DNA of 64,000 nucleotides. Origin: an uncultured bacterium (GTDB lineage Bacteria > Oederibacteriota > JAAXVQ01). The notes under the pieces were generated by a model. It had not been told where the DNA came from. It worked only from the letters and a program-made list of their open reading frames with translations, and did no database searches. The number at the start of each line of letters is the position of its first letter. Position 1 is the stretch's first letter. The DNA lies in contig CAZQGO010000004.1 in assembly GCA_964593065.1 (NCBI GenBank), positions 51,832 through 115,831 on the forward strand, in the 5' to 3' direction. A program made the translations under genes and the position numbers. Of this stretch, positions 1 to 9,405 are shown one piece after another.

Positions 1-237
1 CTGGACTTCCTGTTGCTGAAGGAGGTCCAAGCCGTATTTTTCGACGACATCGGGATCGTGACCAATGATTTTCTGTCCGCGACTTCCCGGGAATTGCGAA
101 ATTCCTTCGGCCTGGGTGTGCGCTTGCACACGTTCCTCCTGGGCAAAGAACTCTTGACCATACGCTTTGACATCTCGCAACGAACCGACCAGCCTGCGGA
201 AACCGTCTATTCCTGGGGAATCGGCCAGGCCTTCTGA
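1..237 (+). CDS. 3' end of a gene truncated by the window start; C-terminal fragment of a probable outer-membrane β-barrel (Omp85/BamA-like?) protein ending ...GIGQAF
   Basis: Frame 1 is open from nt 1 (LDFLLLKEVQAVFFDD...). Amphipathic β-strand-like C-terminus ending in Phe. The family assignment is by eye only. Confidence 0.35.
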   Translation: MDFLLLKEVQAVFFDDIGIVTNDFLSATSRELRNSFGLGVRLHTFLLGKELLTIRFDISQRTDQPAETVYSWGIGQAF

Positions 238-332
238 TTCCGGACCGCCCGGCGCGGACGCCCCGTGCGCCAGCCGCTTTCTCGCGCCGTTGCCGGCCCT
301 GCTGCCGCCGCAAGTTCCCGCCTTAAAAAGCA

Positions 333-361
333 TTGATTCACCCTGAAAATAATGCTATAAA
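333..361 (+). promoter_or_regulatory. σ70-like promoter upstream of PEPCK (TTGATT - 17 nt - TATAAA)
   Basis: Hexamers read directly at 333-338 and 356-361, about 65 nt upstream of the ATG at 428. Confidence 0.4.
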
Positions 362-427
362 GCAGTAATTTTGCCGGCTGGACGGTCAGTCTCCGGCCAG
401 CGACGGCGCTTAGGGGAGGGGAGCAGC

Positions 428-2212
428 ATGACCAGCAAACACCGAAAACTTGCCGAATGGGTCAAGGACATGGCTCGCATGTGCCAACCAGACCATATCG
501 TTTGGATCGACGGTTCGGAAGAGGAAAAGAAGCGCTTGGAAAAGGAGGCCTTTGCGAGCGGCGAGCTCATTCAGTTGAATCAAAATAAATTGCCCGGATG
601 CGTTTACCACCGTACGGCGCAGAATGACGTGGCCCGGACCGAACATCTGACCTTCATCTGCACCAGCAAGAAATCCGACGCCGGCCCGACGAACAATTGG
701 ATGACACCCCGGCAGGGCTATGCCAAGGCCAGGGCCATCTTCAAGAACTCCATGCGCGGCCGCACCATGTACGTCATTCCTTTCTCCATGGGACCGGTTG
801 GCTCGCCCTTCAGTAAAATCGGGGTGGAGTTGACGGACAGCATTTATGTGGTCCTGAACATGCGGATCATGACCCGCGTCGGCGCCGAAGTGTTGCAGCA
901 GCTGGGAAGCAACGGTGCCTTCACGAAATGCCTGCATGGCAAAGCGGACCTGGACATCAACCGCCGCCTGATCCTGCATTTTCCCGAGGACAACACCATC
1001 TGGAGCGTGGGATCGGGCTACGGGGGCAACGTGCTTTTGGGGAAAAAATGCCTCGCGCTTCGCATTGCCAGCACCATGGGCCAGCGGGAGGGCTGGATGG
1101 CGGAGCATATGCTGATCATGGGCGTGGAAAGGCCCAACGGTCAAATTCAGTACCTCGCCGCCGCCTTCCCGAGCGCCTGCGGAAAAACCAACCTGGCCAT
1201 GCTGGTCCCGCCCCAAGGCTTGGCCCGTAAAGGCTATAAAATATGGACCGTGGGCGATGATATCGCCTGGATGCGGATTGATTCGGACGGCAACCTCTGG
1301 GCCATTAATCCCGAGACCGGATTCTTCGGCGTGGCGCCCGGCACCAATTCCAAGACCAATCCCAACGCCGTGAAAACGGTCCAAAAAAACACCATATTTA
1401 CCAACGTACTGTTGAAGCCGGATAAAACCGTATGGTGGGAGGAGGGCGACGGGCCAATCCCCGCGGAAGGCCTCGACTGGCGGGGATATCCCTGGAGGCC
1501 CGGCCAAAAGGACGAAAACGGTAAAATCATCAAGGGCGCCCATCCCAACAGCAGGTTCACGGCACCGATTTCGCAGTGCCCGACCGCCTCCTTCCGGCTC
1601 CAGCATCACCATGGCGTGCCGATTTCGGCCATTATCTTCGGCGGCCGGCGCGCCCGCCTGGCCCCCTTGGTTTACGAGGCCTATAACTGGGAACACGGTG
1701 TCTATATCGGTGCGACCATGGCTTCGGAAAGGACTGCGGCCCAAATGGGCAAAGTCGGGGAAGTGCGCCGGGATCCCATGGCCATGCTGCCCTTTTGCGG
1801 CTATCACATGGGGGATTATTTTAAACATTGGCTGCATATGGGCAAAGCCATGAAGAAGCAGCCGAAAATTTTTCACGTGAACTGGTTCCGGCAGGACCAG
1901 AGCGGGAAGTTTTTATGGCCTGGATACGGCGAAAACCTCAGGATTCTGGAATGGATTTTGGCCAGGTGCGAAAACACGGCCGAAGCCTCGAAAACTCCGC
2001 TGGGATATGTTCCGACCCTTCGCAGTCTCGATATGACGGGTTTGGACCTGTCCAAGCAAAATCTGCAGGAATTGCTGTCAATCGACGAAGAAGCCTGGAA
2101 ACAGGAAATGGATGATCATGAAAGCTTTTTCAAGCTTTTCGGAAACCGTTTGCCCAAGGAACTCAGATCCCAGTTAGCCAAACTCAGGCGCCGATTCAGC
2201 ACCTGGAAATAG
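428..2212 (+). CDS. pckG: Phosphoenolpyruvate carboxykinase (GTP)
   Basis: 594-aa product with conserved GTP-PEPCK blocks (…GSGYGGNVLLGKKC…, …FPSACGKTNLAML…, …NWFR…). Start moved to the in-frame ATG at 428 (MTSKHRKLAEW…) inside the longer ORF 371..2212. Confidence 0.92.
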   Translation: MTSKHRKLAEWVKDMARMCQPDHIVWIDGSEEEKKRLEKEAFASGELIQLNQNKLPGCVYHRTAQNDVARTEHLTFICTSKKSDAGPTNNWMTPRQGYAKARAIFKNSMRGRTMYVIPFSMGPVGSPFSKIGVELTDSIYVVLNMRIMTRVGAEVLQQLGSNGAFTKCLHGKADLDINRRLILHFPEDNTIWSVGSGYGGNVLLGKKCLALRIASTMGQREGWMAEHMLIMGVERPNGQIQYLAAAFPSACGKTNLAMLVPPQGLARKGYKIWTVGDDIAWMRIDSDGNLWAINPETGFFGVAPGTNSKTNPNAVKTVQKNTIFTNVLLKPDKTVWWEEGDGPIPAEGLDWRGYPWRPGQKDENGKIIKGAHPNSRFTAPISQCPTASFRLQHHHGVPISAIIFGGRRARLAPLVYEAYNWEHGVYIGATMASERTAAQMGKVGEVRRDPMAMLPFCGYHMGDYFKHWLHMGKAMKKQPKIFHVNWFRQDQSGKFLWPGYGENLRILEWILARCENTAEASKTPLGYVPTLRSLDMTGLDLSKQNLQELLSIDEEAWKQEMDDHESFFKLFGNRLPKELRSQLAKLRRRFSTWK

Positions 2213-2391
2213 GGGAATGGCGTTTCCAAGACTCGGGTCCCGCGGAACCGGCAAGAGAAGGGCCCTCGCCGCGTCCCTTTTCTTTCTGCAGGGTACATCG
2301 CCGGGTCTGACCGTCACTCTTCCAGCCAGCCGAATTCGGGATTGGACCCGTACGCTTCCTCGTCATTTTCCGGCAGAGAAAGGACCATCCG

Positions 2392-3228
2392 GTGTTTGAA
2401 GTCCTCATGAAAAAAACGCTCGCGCCGGGAGTATGGCGCTATCGTCTGCAGGCGCCCCTGATCGCCGCCAAGCGGCGCGCGGGCCATTTCGTCATTGTCC
2501 GGCCGACCCGGGATGCCGAGCGCATTCCCCTGACGATTGTATCCGCCGATGTCGAGGCCGGGACCGTGGACATTATTTTCCAGGTGGTCGGCGCCACCAC
2601 GCGGACCTTGGCAGAGGTGCGGACGGGTGATGCCCTGGCCGATGTCTTGGGGCCACTGGGTCATCCCACCCCCGTGGAAAATTACGGTACGACGGTGATG
2701 ATCGGCGGCGGGGTCGGCATTGCGCCTCTGCTGCCGATCGCACAGGCGTTTCGGCAGGCAGGGAACCGCGTCGTGACGATTCTGGGCGGCCGTTCCCGTG
2801 ACTTCCTCATCCTGAAGGCGGAACTGTCCGCGGTCAGCGAACGGGTCCTGACCACCACCGACGACGGATCCGACGGCGTCAAGGGCCTGGTCACCGATGC
2901 CCTGAAAACCCTGCTGGAGGCCGGCCAGGTTGATTTTGTGCTGGCCGTAGGCCCGGTCCCCATGATGAAAGCCGTGGCGGACATGACCCGTCCTGGGAGA
3001 ATCAAGACCCTGGTCAGTTTGAATCCCCTGATGCTGGACGGCACGGGCATGTGCGGTGTCTGCCGCTGCCAGGTGGCTGGCCAGACCCGCCTGGCATGCG
3101 TGGAAGGCCCGGAATTCGACGGCCACGAGGTGGATTTCGATAGTTTGCGGCGGCGCTTGGGAATGTTCACGGCCGAGGAAAATCTCCGGAGAGAGAGGGG
3201 AAGCGGTCGCCATGCCACTGAATCTTAG
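2392..3228 (+). CDS. nfnA: NfnA/SudB-type ferredoxin-NADP+ reductase-like subunit (FAD/NAD-binding, [2Fe-2S] C-terminus)
   Basis: GGGVGIAPLLP NAD-binding motif and a C-terminal CGVCRCQ…C cluster. Paired with the GltD-like subunit downstream (17-nt overlap). Start is GTG at 2392 (SD AAAGGA 9 nt upstream); an alternative ATG lies at 2407. Confidence 0.8.
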   Translation: MFEVLMKKTLAPGVWRYRLQAPLIAAKRRAGHFVIVRPTRDAERIPLTIVSADVEAGTVDIIFQVVGATTRTLAEVRTGDALADVLGPLGHPTPVENYGTTVMIGGGVGIAPLLPIAQAFRQAGNRVVTILGGRSRDFLILKAELSAVSERVLTTTDDGSDGVKGLVTDALKTLLEAGQVDFVLAVGPVPMMKAVADMTRPGRIKTLVSLNPLMLDGTGMCGVCRCQVAGQTRLACVEGPEFDGHEVDFDSLRRRLGMFTAEENLRRERGSGRHATES

Positions 3229-4609
3229 CCGCGAGCCCATGCCGGAACAGACCCCGGCAAAACGCCGCAGCAATTTCTCGGAGGTCAATCAGGGATACGG
3301 CGCGGAGCAAGCGCAGCGCGAAGCCGCGCGCTGCCTTTTCTGCAAGCGTCCCACCTGCATCGACGGTTGCCCGGTGCATATCAATATCCCGTATTTCATC
3401 AAGGCTATTCTGGAACGGGAGCCGGACGAAGCCGTCAGGCGGATTCGTTTGGACAATTCCTTGCCCGCCATTTGCGGCCGGGTCTGCCCGCAGGAAACCC
3501 AATGCGAGCAGGCCTGCGTCCTGAATAAGAAAGGCGCGCCCATTGCCATTGGCGCACTCGAGCGGTATGTGGGCGATCACGCCATTCGGGAATGCCTGGC
3601 CACGGAATGCTCTTTCCAGGAAAAGCCTTATAAAATAGCCATTATCGGCAGCGGGCCTTCGGGTTTAACCTGCGCGGGCGAACTGCGAAAGCTGGGTTAT
3701 GCCGTAACGGTTTTTGAAGCCCTGCATGAACTCGGTGGCGTGCTGCGTTACGGCATTCCCGAATTCAGGCTGCCCAAGGATAAAATTCTCACGCCCGAAA
3801 TTGAAACCCTCCGCTCCCTGGGCGTGGAATTTCAAACCAACGCCCTGATTGGACAGGTCGCGACTATCCCGGAATTGCTTGAAAATAAAGGCTATTCCGC
3901 CGTCTATATCGCGACCGGGGCCGGCTCTCCGCAATTCATGGACATCGCCGGGGAGGACCTGAATTTTGTGTATTCCGCAAATGAATTTCTGACCAGGATG
4001 AACCTAATGCAGGCATACCGGGGAGAAGACGCAGCCACGCCCGTGCATGTCGGCCGGCGGGTCGCAGTCGTGGGCGGCGGGAATACGGCTCTGGATGCCG
4101 CGCGTTCCGCCTTGCGAATACACGGGGTGGAACACGTTGTACTGATCTACCGCCGCTCTGAAGCTGAAATGCCGGCGCGCGCCGAAGAAGTCAAGCATGC
4201 CCGGGATGAAGGCATCGATTTCCAGTTTCTAACGGTTCCCGTGGCTTACTTGGGCACTCCCCGAGGAGAAGTTCGATCCGCCCGCTGCCAGCGTATGTCG
4301 CTGGAGGAACCCGATCCTTCGGGGAGGCGAAGGCCTGTGCCCATTCCGGGAAGCGAATTTGAAATTGAAACCGACTCCGTGATTATCGCGATCGGTACGA
4401 ACGCGAATCCCATTATCGCCAAAACCACCCCCGGTTTGAAAACGAATTCCAAGGGTTATATTGTCATAAATGAAAGTTCCGAAACCAGCCTGCAGGGAGT
4501 TTTCGCGGGAGGAGATATTGTCAGCGGTTCCGCCACTGTGATAGAAGCCATGGGCGCCGGCAGGAAAGCGGCTCACATCATCCACCAAAAATTGTCACCT
4601 CAGAAATAA
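3212..4609 (+). CDS. nfnB: NfnB/SudA, glutamate synthase small-subunit-like NAD(P)H oxidoreductase (2×[4Fe-4S] plus FAD/NAD Rossmann folds)
   Basis: CxxCxxxC…CP motifs, IAIIGSGPSG and VAVVGGGNTALD dinucleotide folds. Start moved to the ATG at 3212 (MPLNLSREP…), overlapping the nfnA stop. Confidence 0.85.
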   Translation: MPLNLSREPMPEQTPAKRRSNFSEVNQGYGAEQAQREAARCLFCKRPTCIDGCPVHINIPYFIKAILEREPDEAVRRIRLDNSLPAICGRVCPQETQCEQACVLNKKGAPIAIGALERYVGDHAIRECLATECSFQEKPYKIAIIGSGPSGLTCAGELRKLGYAVTVFEALHELGGVLRYGIPEFRLPKDKILTPEIETLRSLGVEFQTNALIGQVATIPELLENKGYSAVYIATGAGSPQFMDIAGEDLNFVYSANEFLTRMNLMQAYRGEDAATPVHVGRRVAVVGGGNTALDAARSALRIHGVEHVVLIYRRSEAEMPARAEEVKHARDEGIDFQFLTVPVAYLGTPRGEVRSARCQRMSLEEPDPSGRRRPVPIPGSEFEIETDSVIIAIGTNANPIIAKTTPGLKTNSKGYIVINESSETSLQGVFAGGDIVSGSATVIEAMGAGRKAAHIIHQKLSPQK

Positions 4610-5334
4610 CTTTATATTAATTACGTAAGATATTTATTTACAAACATTAATTCTAGCTTGCGATGTAATATAGTTAACATAATATATATTATACGACATT
4701 ATAAATATCCCGCTTCCGCATCTGCAGCATATTTTTCATGCGCACTTTTTCAGGCTTAATAGGCATTTTTTATCTGTTCCTTTTTTAAATTTATACTATT
4801 TTTGATCTTTGCATTTCTATTTTTTTTACTTCCCCATTTAATCATGTTTCTATGAATATCATTGTCTTGTGATACCGTTTTTTTATCTTTTCATTTCCTG
4901 GGGCGTTTTCCATGCTGCCTGAGCCGCCATTACTCTCACAGGCATTTCCAGGCATTTTGCCGGTAATTTGACTGTCGTTGCTTCACGAGGATATTTTTTC
5001 AAAATGAAATCCCAAGGATCAGGCGTTTTCCAACTATGCTGTTCAAAACGGATTGGATTCTATCTCGTTTATATTAATTTGCGAGATTATTGCCTGGGTA
5101 ACGATATGAACAAACTTGTCCTTCCAGGACAAAAATATTATTATTCTTTTTAGTATAATTACTCCCTCTAGCTTGTTTTTCCCTATTTTTAAAGGCTATT
5201 TTATTATACATATGTCAATAATCAATAAACTTGCTTTTTCATTCTCTTGGCCGTGTTCAGGATACTTTTCTGATTTTTCTTCTTTTTTTCATTTCCAGCC
5301 CAACGGTACATCACTCCCGGTGTGGAACTCATCC
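4610..5334. other. 725-bp strongly AT-rich non-coding island between convergent nfnB and thrS
   Basis: Composition drops sharply to roughly 30% GC versus >60% in flanks. No ORF ≥60 aa with a plausible start. The 12-mer tttatattaatt occurs twice, near 4601 and 5068. Confidence 0.6.
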
Positions 5335-7266
5335 CTACAGTTCTTGGCTCTTGGTTTGGTCTCGCTCATGGACAATACCGATGATTTCATTGATTGGCAT
5401 CGGCCCGCGATTCTCGCCAGTGCGCAGGCGCAAGGACGCTGTCTGATTTTCCATTTCGCGGTCTCCCAGGACGAGCATATAGGGGATTTTTTCCAACTGG
5501 GCATCCCGTATTTTGGCATTGATTTTTTCCGAGCGCAAATCAGCATCCGCGCGGATTCCCGATTTCCTCAATATTTCCAGCATTTTTTGGGCATATTCCT
5601 GCTGCTTATCCGTGATGGTGCATATTCTGGCTTGAACCGGGGCCAGCCATACGGGAAAAGCTCCGCCGTAATGCTCGATCAGGATGCCGAAAAAGCGTTC
5701 CAAGGAGCCCATTAAGGCCCGGTGAATCATGATCGCACGGTGTTCCTGGCCATCTTCCCCGATGTAATTCACGTCAAAGCGTTCCGGGTTGTTGAAATCC
5801 ACCTGAATGGTGGAGCATTGGTACATTCTGCCCAGGCAGTCGCCGATTTTGATATCCACTTTGGGGCCGTAGAAGGCACCACCCCCTTCGTCCACTCCAT
5901 AGGGCAACCCGCAGGCTTCCAGGGCCTTCTGCAGCGCGCTGGTGGCCTCCTGCCAAACCTCATTCCCGCCTACGCTTCCCTCTTTCGGTTGGGTGGAAAG
6001 GAAAACCTCGTAATCCTGAAATCCGAAAGTCTTGAGAACGAAGAGCACGAAACGAATGACTTCCGTAATCTCCCCCTCCAACTGGTCCCGGCGGCAGAAG
6101 ATATGGGCGTCATCCTGGGTAAAGCCCCGCACGCGGAAGAGCCCGTGGAGGACGCCCGATTTTTCATAACGGTAAACCGTTCCGAGCTCCGCCCAGCGGA
6201 TGGGCATTTGCCGGTAACTGCGCATGCGTGTTTGATAGATCTGGATGTGGAAGGGGCAGTTCATGGGCTTGATGTAATAACTCTCCTGGTCGATCTGCAT
6301 GGGGGAATACATGTAATCCTTGTAGAAGGACAAGTGCCCCGAGGTCTCCCACAGGGCCGCCTTCCCAATATGAGGCGTATTCAGCAATTCGTAGCCGTTG
6401 CGAAGGTGCTCCGCTTCCCAAAAATCCTCGATTTGCTTCCGGATCAGTGCCCCTTTCGGGTGCCAGTAGACCAGGCCGGCGCCCGCATCCTCGTGCAGGG
6501 AAAACAGATCCAAATCCTTGCCCAAACGGCGGTGATCGCGTCGTTTGGCCTCCTCCAACTTACGCAAATGCTCCTCGAGTGCGCCGGCCCGGTCGAAACT
6601 GACGCCGTAAATCCGCTGCAGCATTTTATTGTGCTCGTCCCCCCGCCAGTAGGCCCCGGCGATGGACAGGAGTTTAAAAGCCTTGAGCATCCCCGCGTGA
6701 GGAACATGGGGCCCCCGGCACAGATCCACGAAATCACCCAGGCGGTAGAGGGAAACCGCGTCCTGCTGGATCCCTTCCAATAATTCCAACTTATAGTTCT
6801 CGCCCTGCCGGCCGAACATTTCGCGGGCCTCGGCCATGGTCACGATCTGCCGGCGAAAGGGCTCTTTCCGTTCCCGGATCTCCTGCATCCGGGCCTCGAT
6901 CCGGTGCAAGTCCTCGGGCGTAAAGGCCTGTTCGCGATCAAAATCATAATAGAACCCCTCCTGGATGGCGGGGCCAATCGCGACCCGGGTTTCCGGATAG
7001 AGCTCCTTCACCGCGGCGGCCATGAGATGGGCCGTCGAATGCCAGAAAATGGACCGGCCGGCCGCGGAGTCGAAATCCAAGGGTACAATGCGGTGGGAAC
7101 CGGCGGGGACTTCGGCGGCCAAGTCGTATTTTTGCTCCCCGACTTGGACCGCCAGGGTCCGCCCGTAGAGCGCCGGATTCAATTGTTTCAGGGCCGCCGC
7201 GAAGGTCGTTCCTTCCGGCACCGCGATTTGTTGCTGATCGGACAATAGGACGATGTGTTCAGGCAT
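5335..7266 (-). CDS. thrS: Threonine--tRNA ligase
   Basis: 643 aa with a TGS/editing N-terminus, class II core and anticodon-binding C-terminus. ATG confirmed at 7266-7264. Confidence 0.95.
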   Translation of the reverse strand: MPEHIVLLSDQQQIAVPEGTTFAAALKQLNPALYGRTLAVQVGEQKYDLAAEVPAGSHRIVPLDFDSAAGRSIFWHSTAHLMAAAVKELYPETRVAIGPAIQEGFYYDFDREQAFTPEDLHRIEARMQEIRERKEPFRRQIVTMAEAREMFGRQGENYKLELLEGIQQDAVSLYRLGDFVDLCRGPHVPHAGMLKAFKLLSIAGAYWRGDEHNKMLQRIYGVSFDRAGALEEHLRKLEEAKRRDHRRLGKDLDLFSLHEDAGAGLVYWHPKGALIRKQIEDFWEAEHLRNGYELLNTPHIGKAALWETSGHLSFYKDYMYSPMQIDQESYYIKPMNCPFHIQIYQTRMRSYRQMPIRWAELGTVYRYEKSGVLHGLFRVRGFTQDDAHIFCRRDQLEGEITEVIRFVLFVLKTFGFQDYEVFLSTQPKEGSVGGNEVWQEATSALQKALEACGLPYGVDEGGGAFYGPKVDIKIGDCLGRMYQCSTIQVDFNNPERFDVNYIGEDGQEHRAIMIHRALMGSLERFFGILIEHYGGAFPVWLAPVQARICTITDKQQEYAQKMLEILRKSGIRADADLRSEKINAKIRDAQLEKIPYMLVLGDREMENQTASLRLRTGENRGPMPINEIIGIVHERDQTKSQEL

Positions 7267-7314
7267 GGCTGGAATATTCTCCCTCTCTCGGTTTTTCTGT
7301 TTGTTCCGTTCGCG

Positions 7315-8115
7315 CTAGCGTCCCTGCCGGCGGCGGTTTTGCAGCCGTAACACGCGTTGTACGAAATGCTGGAATAGTCCGGAAAGAATGTACAACATCA
7401 TGATGGTAAACATGATGTTTTGCGCCGGAAAGATCAGCATGAGAACACTGAAAAAAATCCCAATTCCACCGAACAGGATCAAGTTGCGCCGGTCGACCTT
7501 CTTGAAGGCCGGAAAAGGAATCAGACTGACCATCAAGAACGCCAAGCCCAGCAGCAGCGCCACGCCCATCAGCCCCCAAATGGCGGAGGGAATCGATGAA
7601 AGCGACCGTCCCAAGACGACGGGCATGACATCGGTCTCCGGCGAGATCAAGACCAGAGACGCAATGAATGCGGCCGCCGCCGGAATGGGCAAACCCTGGA
7701 AATACGTCTGCCCGGCATCCTCCGCTGCAGCGGTATTGAAACGGGCCAGGCGCCAGCCGCCCGCGAATAAAAATATTCCGCAGGCGAGAAGTTGCAGCAC
7801 GGGCGCGACATCCCTCAGGATCACCGCGTAGGCCAGCACGACCGGAGCCACGCCGAAGGACATGAAGTCTGTCAGGGAATCAATCTTGACACCAAAATCA
7901 CTTTCCGCGTGAACCCAGCGGGCAACTTTTCCATCCAGAAAATCGAATACCATGGCGGCCAAAATCAGCCAGGCGGGGGCGTTGTACAAATTTCCGTTTT
8001 TGCCCCAGATGCCCTGGGATAAATACTCCAGAGTCAGGATCACGGCCAGAATCCCGCAAATGAGATTGAACGCGGTCAGCAGGTTGGGCAAAAAATAAAC
8101 TCCCTTTTTCATCAT
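7315..8115 (-). CDS. pssA: CDP-diacylglycerol--serine O-phosphatidyltransferase (CDP-alcohol phosphatidyltransferase family)
   Basis: YFLPNLLT…DFLDGKVAR…D…D motif region and multiple TM segments. Start set at ATGATG (8115/8112) immediately after the psd stop; the longer ORF start at 8130 would overlap psd. Confidence 0.85.
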   Translation of the reverse strand: MMKKGVYFLPNLLTAFNLICGILAVILTLEYLSQGIWGKNGNLYNAPAWLILAAMVFDFLDGKVARWVHAESDFGVKIDSLTDFMSFGVAPVVLAYAVILRDVAPVLQLLACGIFLFAGGWRLARFNTAAAEDAGQTYFQGLPIPAAAAFIASLVLISPETDVMPVVLGRSLSSIPSAIWGLMGVALLLGLAFLMVSLIPFPAFKKVDRRNLILFGGIGIFFSVLMLIFPAQNIMFTIMMLYILSGLFQHFVQRVLRLQNRRRQGR

Positions 8116-8116
8116 C

Positions 8117-8791
8117 CTAGTGGGAGGCATCTGTCCAAGCTCCGAGGATGGTTTTGCCGCCCCGCACGCGATCGCCGGGTTTCACCTGTACAATCGTTTC
8201 CGGGGGCAGGTAGAGGTCCACCTCCGAACCAAAGGCGATCATCCCCAAGCGCTCGCCGCGGGCGTATTCCCTCCCGACGGTCACCCGGGAAATCGTCCTC
8301 CGCGCAAGCAGGCCAGCGATTTGCACCACCGCAAACCTGCGCCCGTTGTTTTCGAAGGCATACCAATGTTGTTCGTTCTCCCGTGCGGCTTCCCGGCGGA
8401 AGGCCGGCAGATATTTCCCCGGCCGCCAACGGGTCCAAAGCAATTTGCCCGCACCCGGCAGGCGTTGCACATGTACGTTCCCGATATGCATAAAGATCGC
8501 GATCCGGAGCGCGGGACCCCGGAAATATTCATGTTCCAGCACGCGCGCCACCGTCATGACCCGTCCATCCGCTGGGGACAAGATTTTTTCCGCGGCGGCC
8601 GGCGAGGACCGCTCGGGATCCCGGAAAAAGACCAGCAGCAGACACATGACCGCCAGCGCCGCGGCGGCTAGGAGGCCGGCCGCAAGCCGCAATGCCGGCG
8701 CCTCCAGGAAAAACCAGGCCGGAATCCCGCTCAACAGAAACACCAGGAAGGCGAGGGACAACCCGGGGTATAGTTCCTGCGTCCAGCGCAT
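8117..8791 (-). CDS. psd: Phosphatidylserine decarboxylase proenzyme (short/archaeal-type)
   Basis: C-terminal …GERLGMIAFGSEVDLYLP… (G-S self-cleavage region) with an N-terminal TM segment. Start at internal ATG 8791 (MRWTQELYP…), overlapping the stop of the upstream gene (TAATG). Confidence 0.8.
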   Translation of the reverse strand: MRWTQELYPGLSLAFLVFLLSGIPAWFFLEAPALRLAAGLLAAAALAVMCLLLVFFRDPERSSPAAAEKILSPADGRVMTVARVLEHEYFRGPALRIAIFMHIGNVHVQRLPGAGKLLWTRWRPGKYLPAFRREAARENEQHWYAFENNGRRFAVVQIAGLLARRTISRVTVGREYARGERLGMIAFGSEVDLYLPPETIVQVKPGDRVRGGKTILGAWTDASH

Positions 8792-9399
8792 TATTCCCTC
8801 TCCATGTCCCGCCACAAATCCTGCAAACGGGCCCTCTCGGCGGCGGCGTGGTCCCGGTCGGGATCCAGAAACCAAAACCATGCCGCCCAATTTTGCCCGG
8901 CGGCCCGAAAAACCCGTTCGGTGTAGAGTTCGGGTTCATGCTGAAATACGCCGCAAAAAGCGGCGGCGATGTCCGGCAGGTTTTCCAGGGCCAGCAGCAG
9001 ATAGGTGTGGCGGCCCAACCGAACCAGCCGAAAAGGGATCAAACGGTCCCCCGCCAATATTTCACCCTTGAGTTTCTGGTGGCGAAAGGCCCAATTGGCC
9101 TTTTCCATACCGGCTTCGTCCGGCGGGAGGCGCAACTGCCGGATGATGTCGATTTGTTCCTCCGCCGAATACATGGGTATGGCCTTCACGGCGGCGCGTA
9201 AAGCCGGGATATCTTCAAGCCGAAACACGTTGAGAGCCTCTGCGGCTTCCTCCTCCTCCTGGAGAATGAGCCTCCGCAGGAGGCCGCAGAGAAATTCCCG
9301 CTGCTCCCGGCCGAGATCGGCCGGGGTTTCCGGCAGGATTTCGGACAAAACCGACCATTCTTGAGCCGGATACGGATCCCGGGGATCGGAAGAAGTCAT
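8791..9399 (-). CDS. Hypothetical acidic cytoplasmic protein (202 aa), co-operonic with MCP and psd
   Basis: ATG at 9399, 6 nt after the MCP stop. No recognisable motif. Confidence 0.5.
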   Translation of the reverse strand: MTSSDPRDPYPAQEWSVLSEILPETPADLGREQREFLCGLLRRLILQEEEEAAEALNVFRLEDIPALRAAVKAIPMYSAEEQIDIIRQLRLPPDEAGMEKANWAFRHQKLKGEILAGDRLIPFRLVRLGRHTYLLLALENLPDIAAAFCGVFQHEPELYTERVFRAAGQNWAAWFWFLDPDRDHAAAERARLQDLWRDMERE

Positions 9400-9405
9400 T
9401 CCAGG

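Noticed and set aside
410-1876. 488-aa ORF on minus strand antisense to pckG
   Set aside because: Completely embedded in a strongly supported PEPCK gene. High-GC genomes generate long antisense ORFs. Composition is low-complexity (G/A/P/R-rich)..
2213-2391. Possible terminator after pckG (GGGCC…GTCCC followed by TTTTCTTTCT)
   Set aside because: Stem complementarity is poor (3-4 bp); not convincing as an intrinsic terminator.
4968-5153. 61-aa ORF inside the AT-rich island
   Set aside because: Begins with TTG, no RBS, and amino-acid composition driven by AT-richness; kept only as part of the island observation.
5722-6783. 353-aa plus-strand ORF (and 5116..5715) antisense to thrS
   Set aside because: Inside thrS; no RBS; Arg/Gly/Pro-rich antisense artefact.
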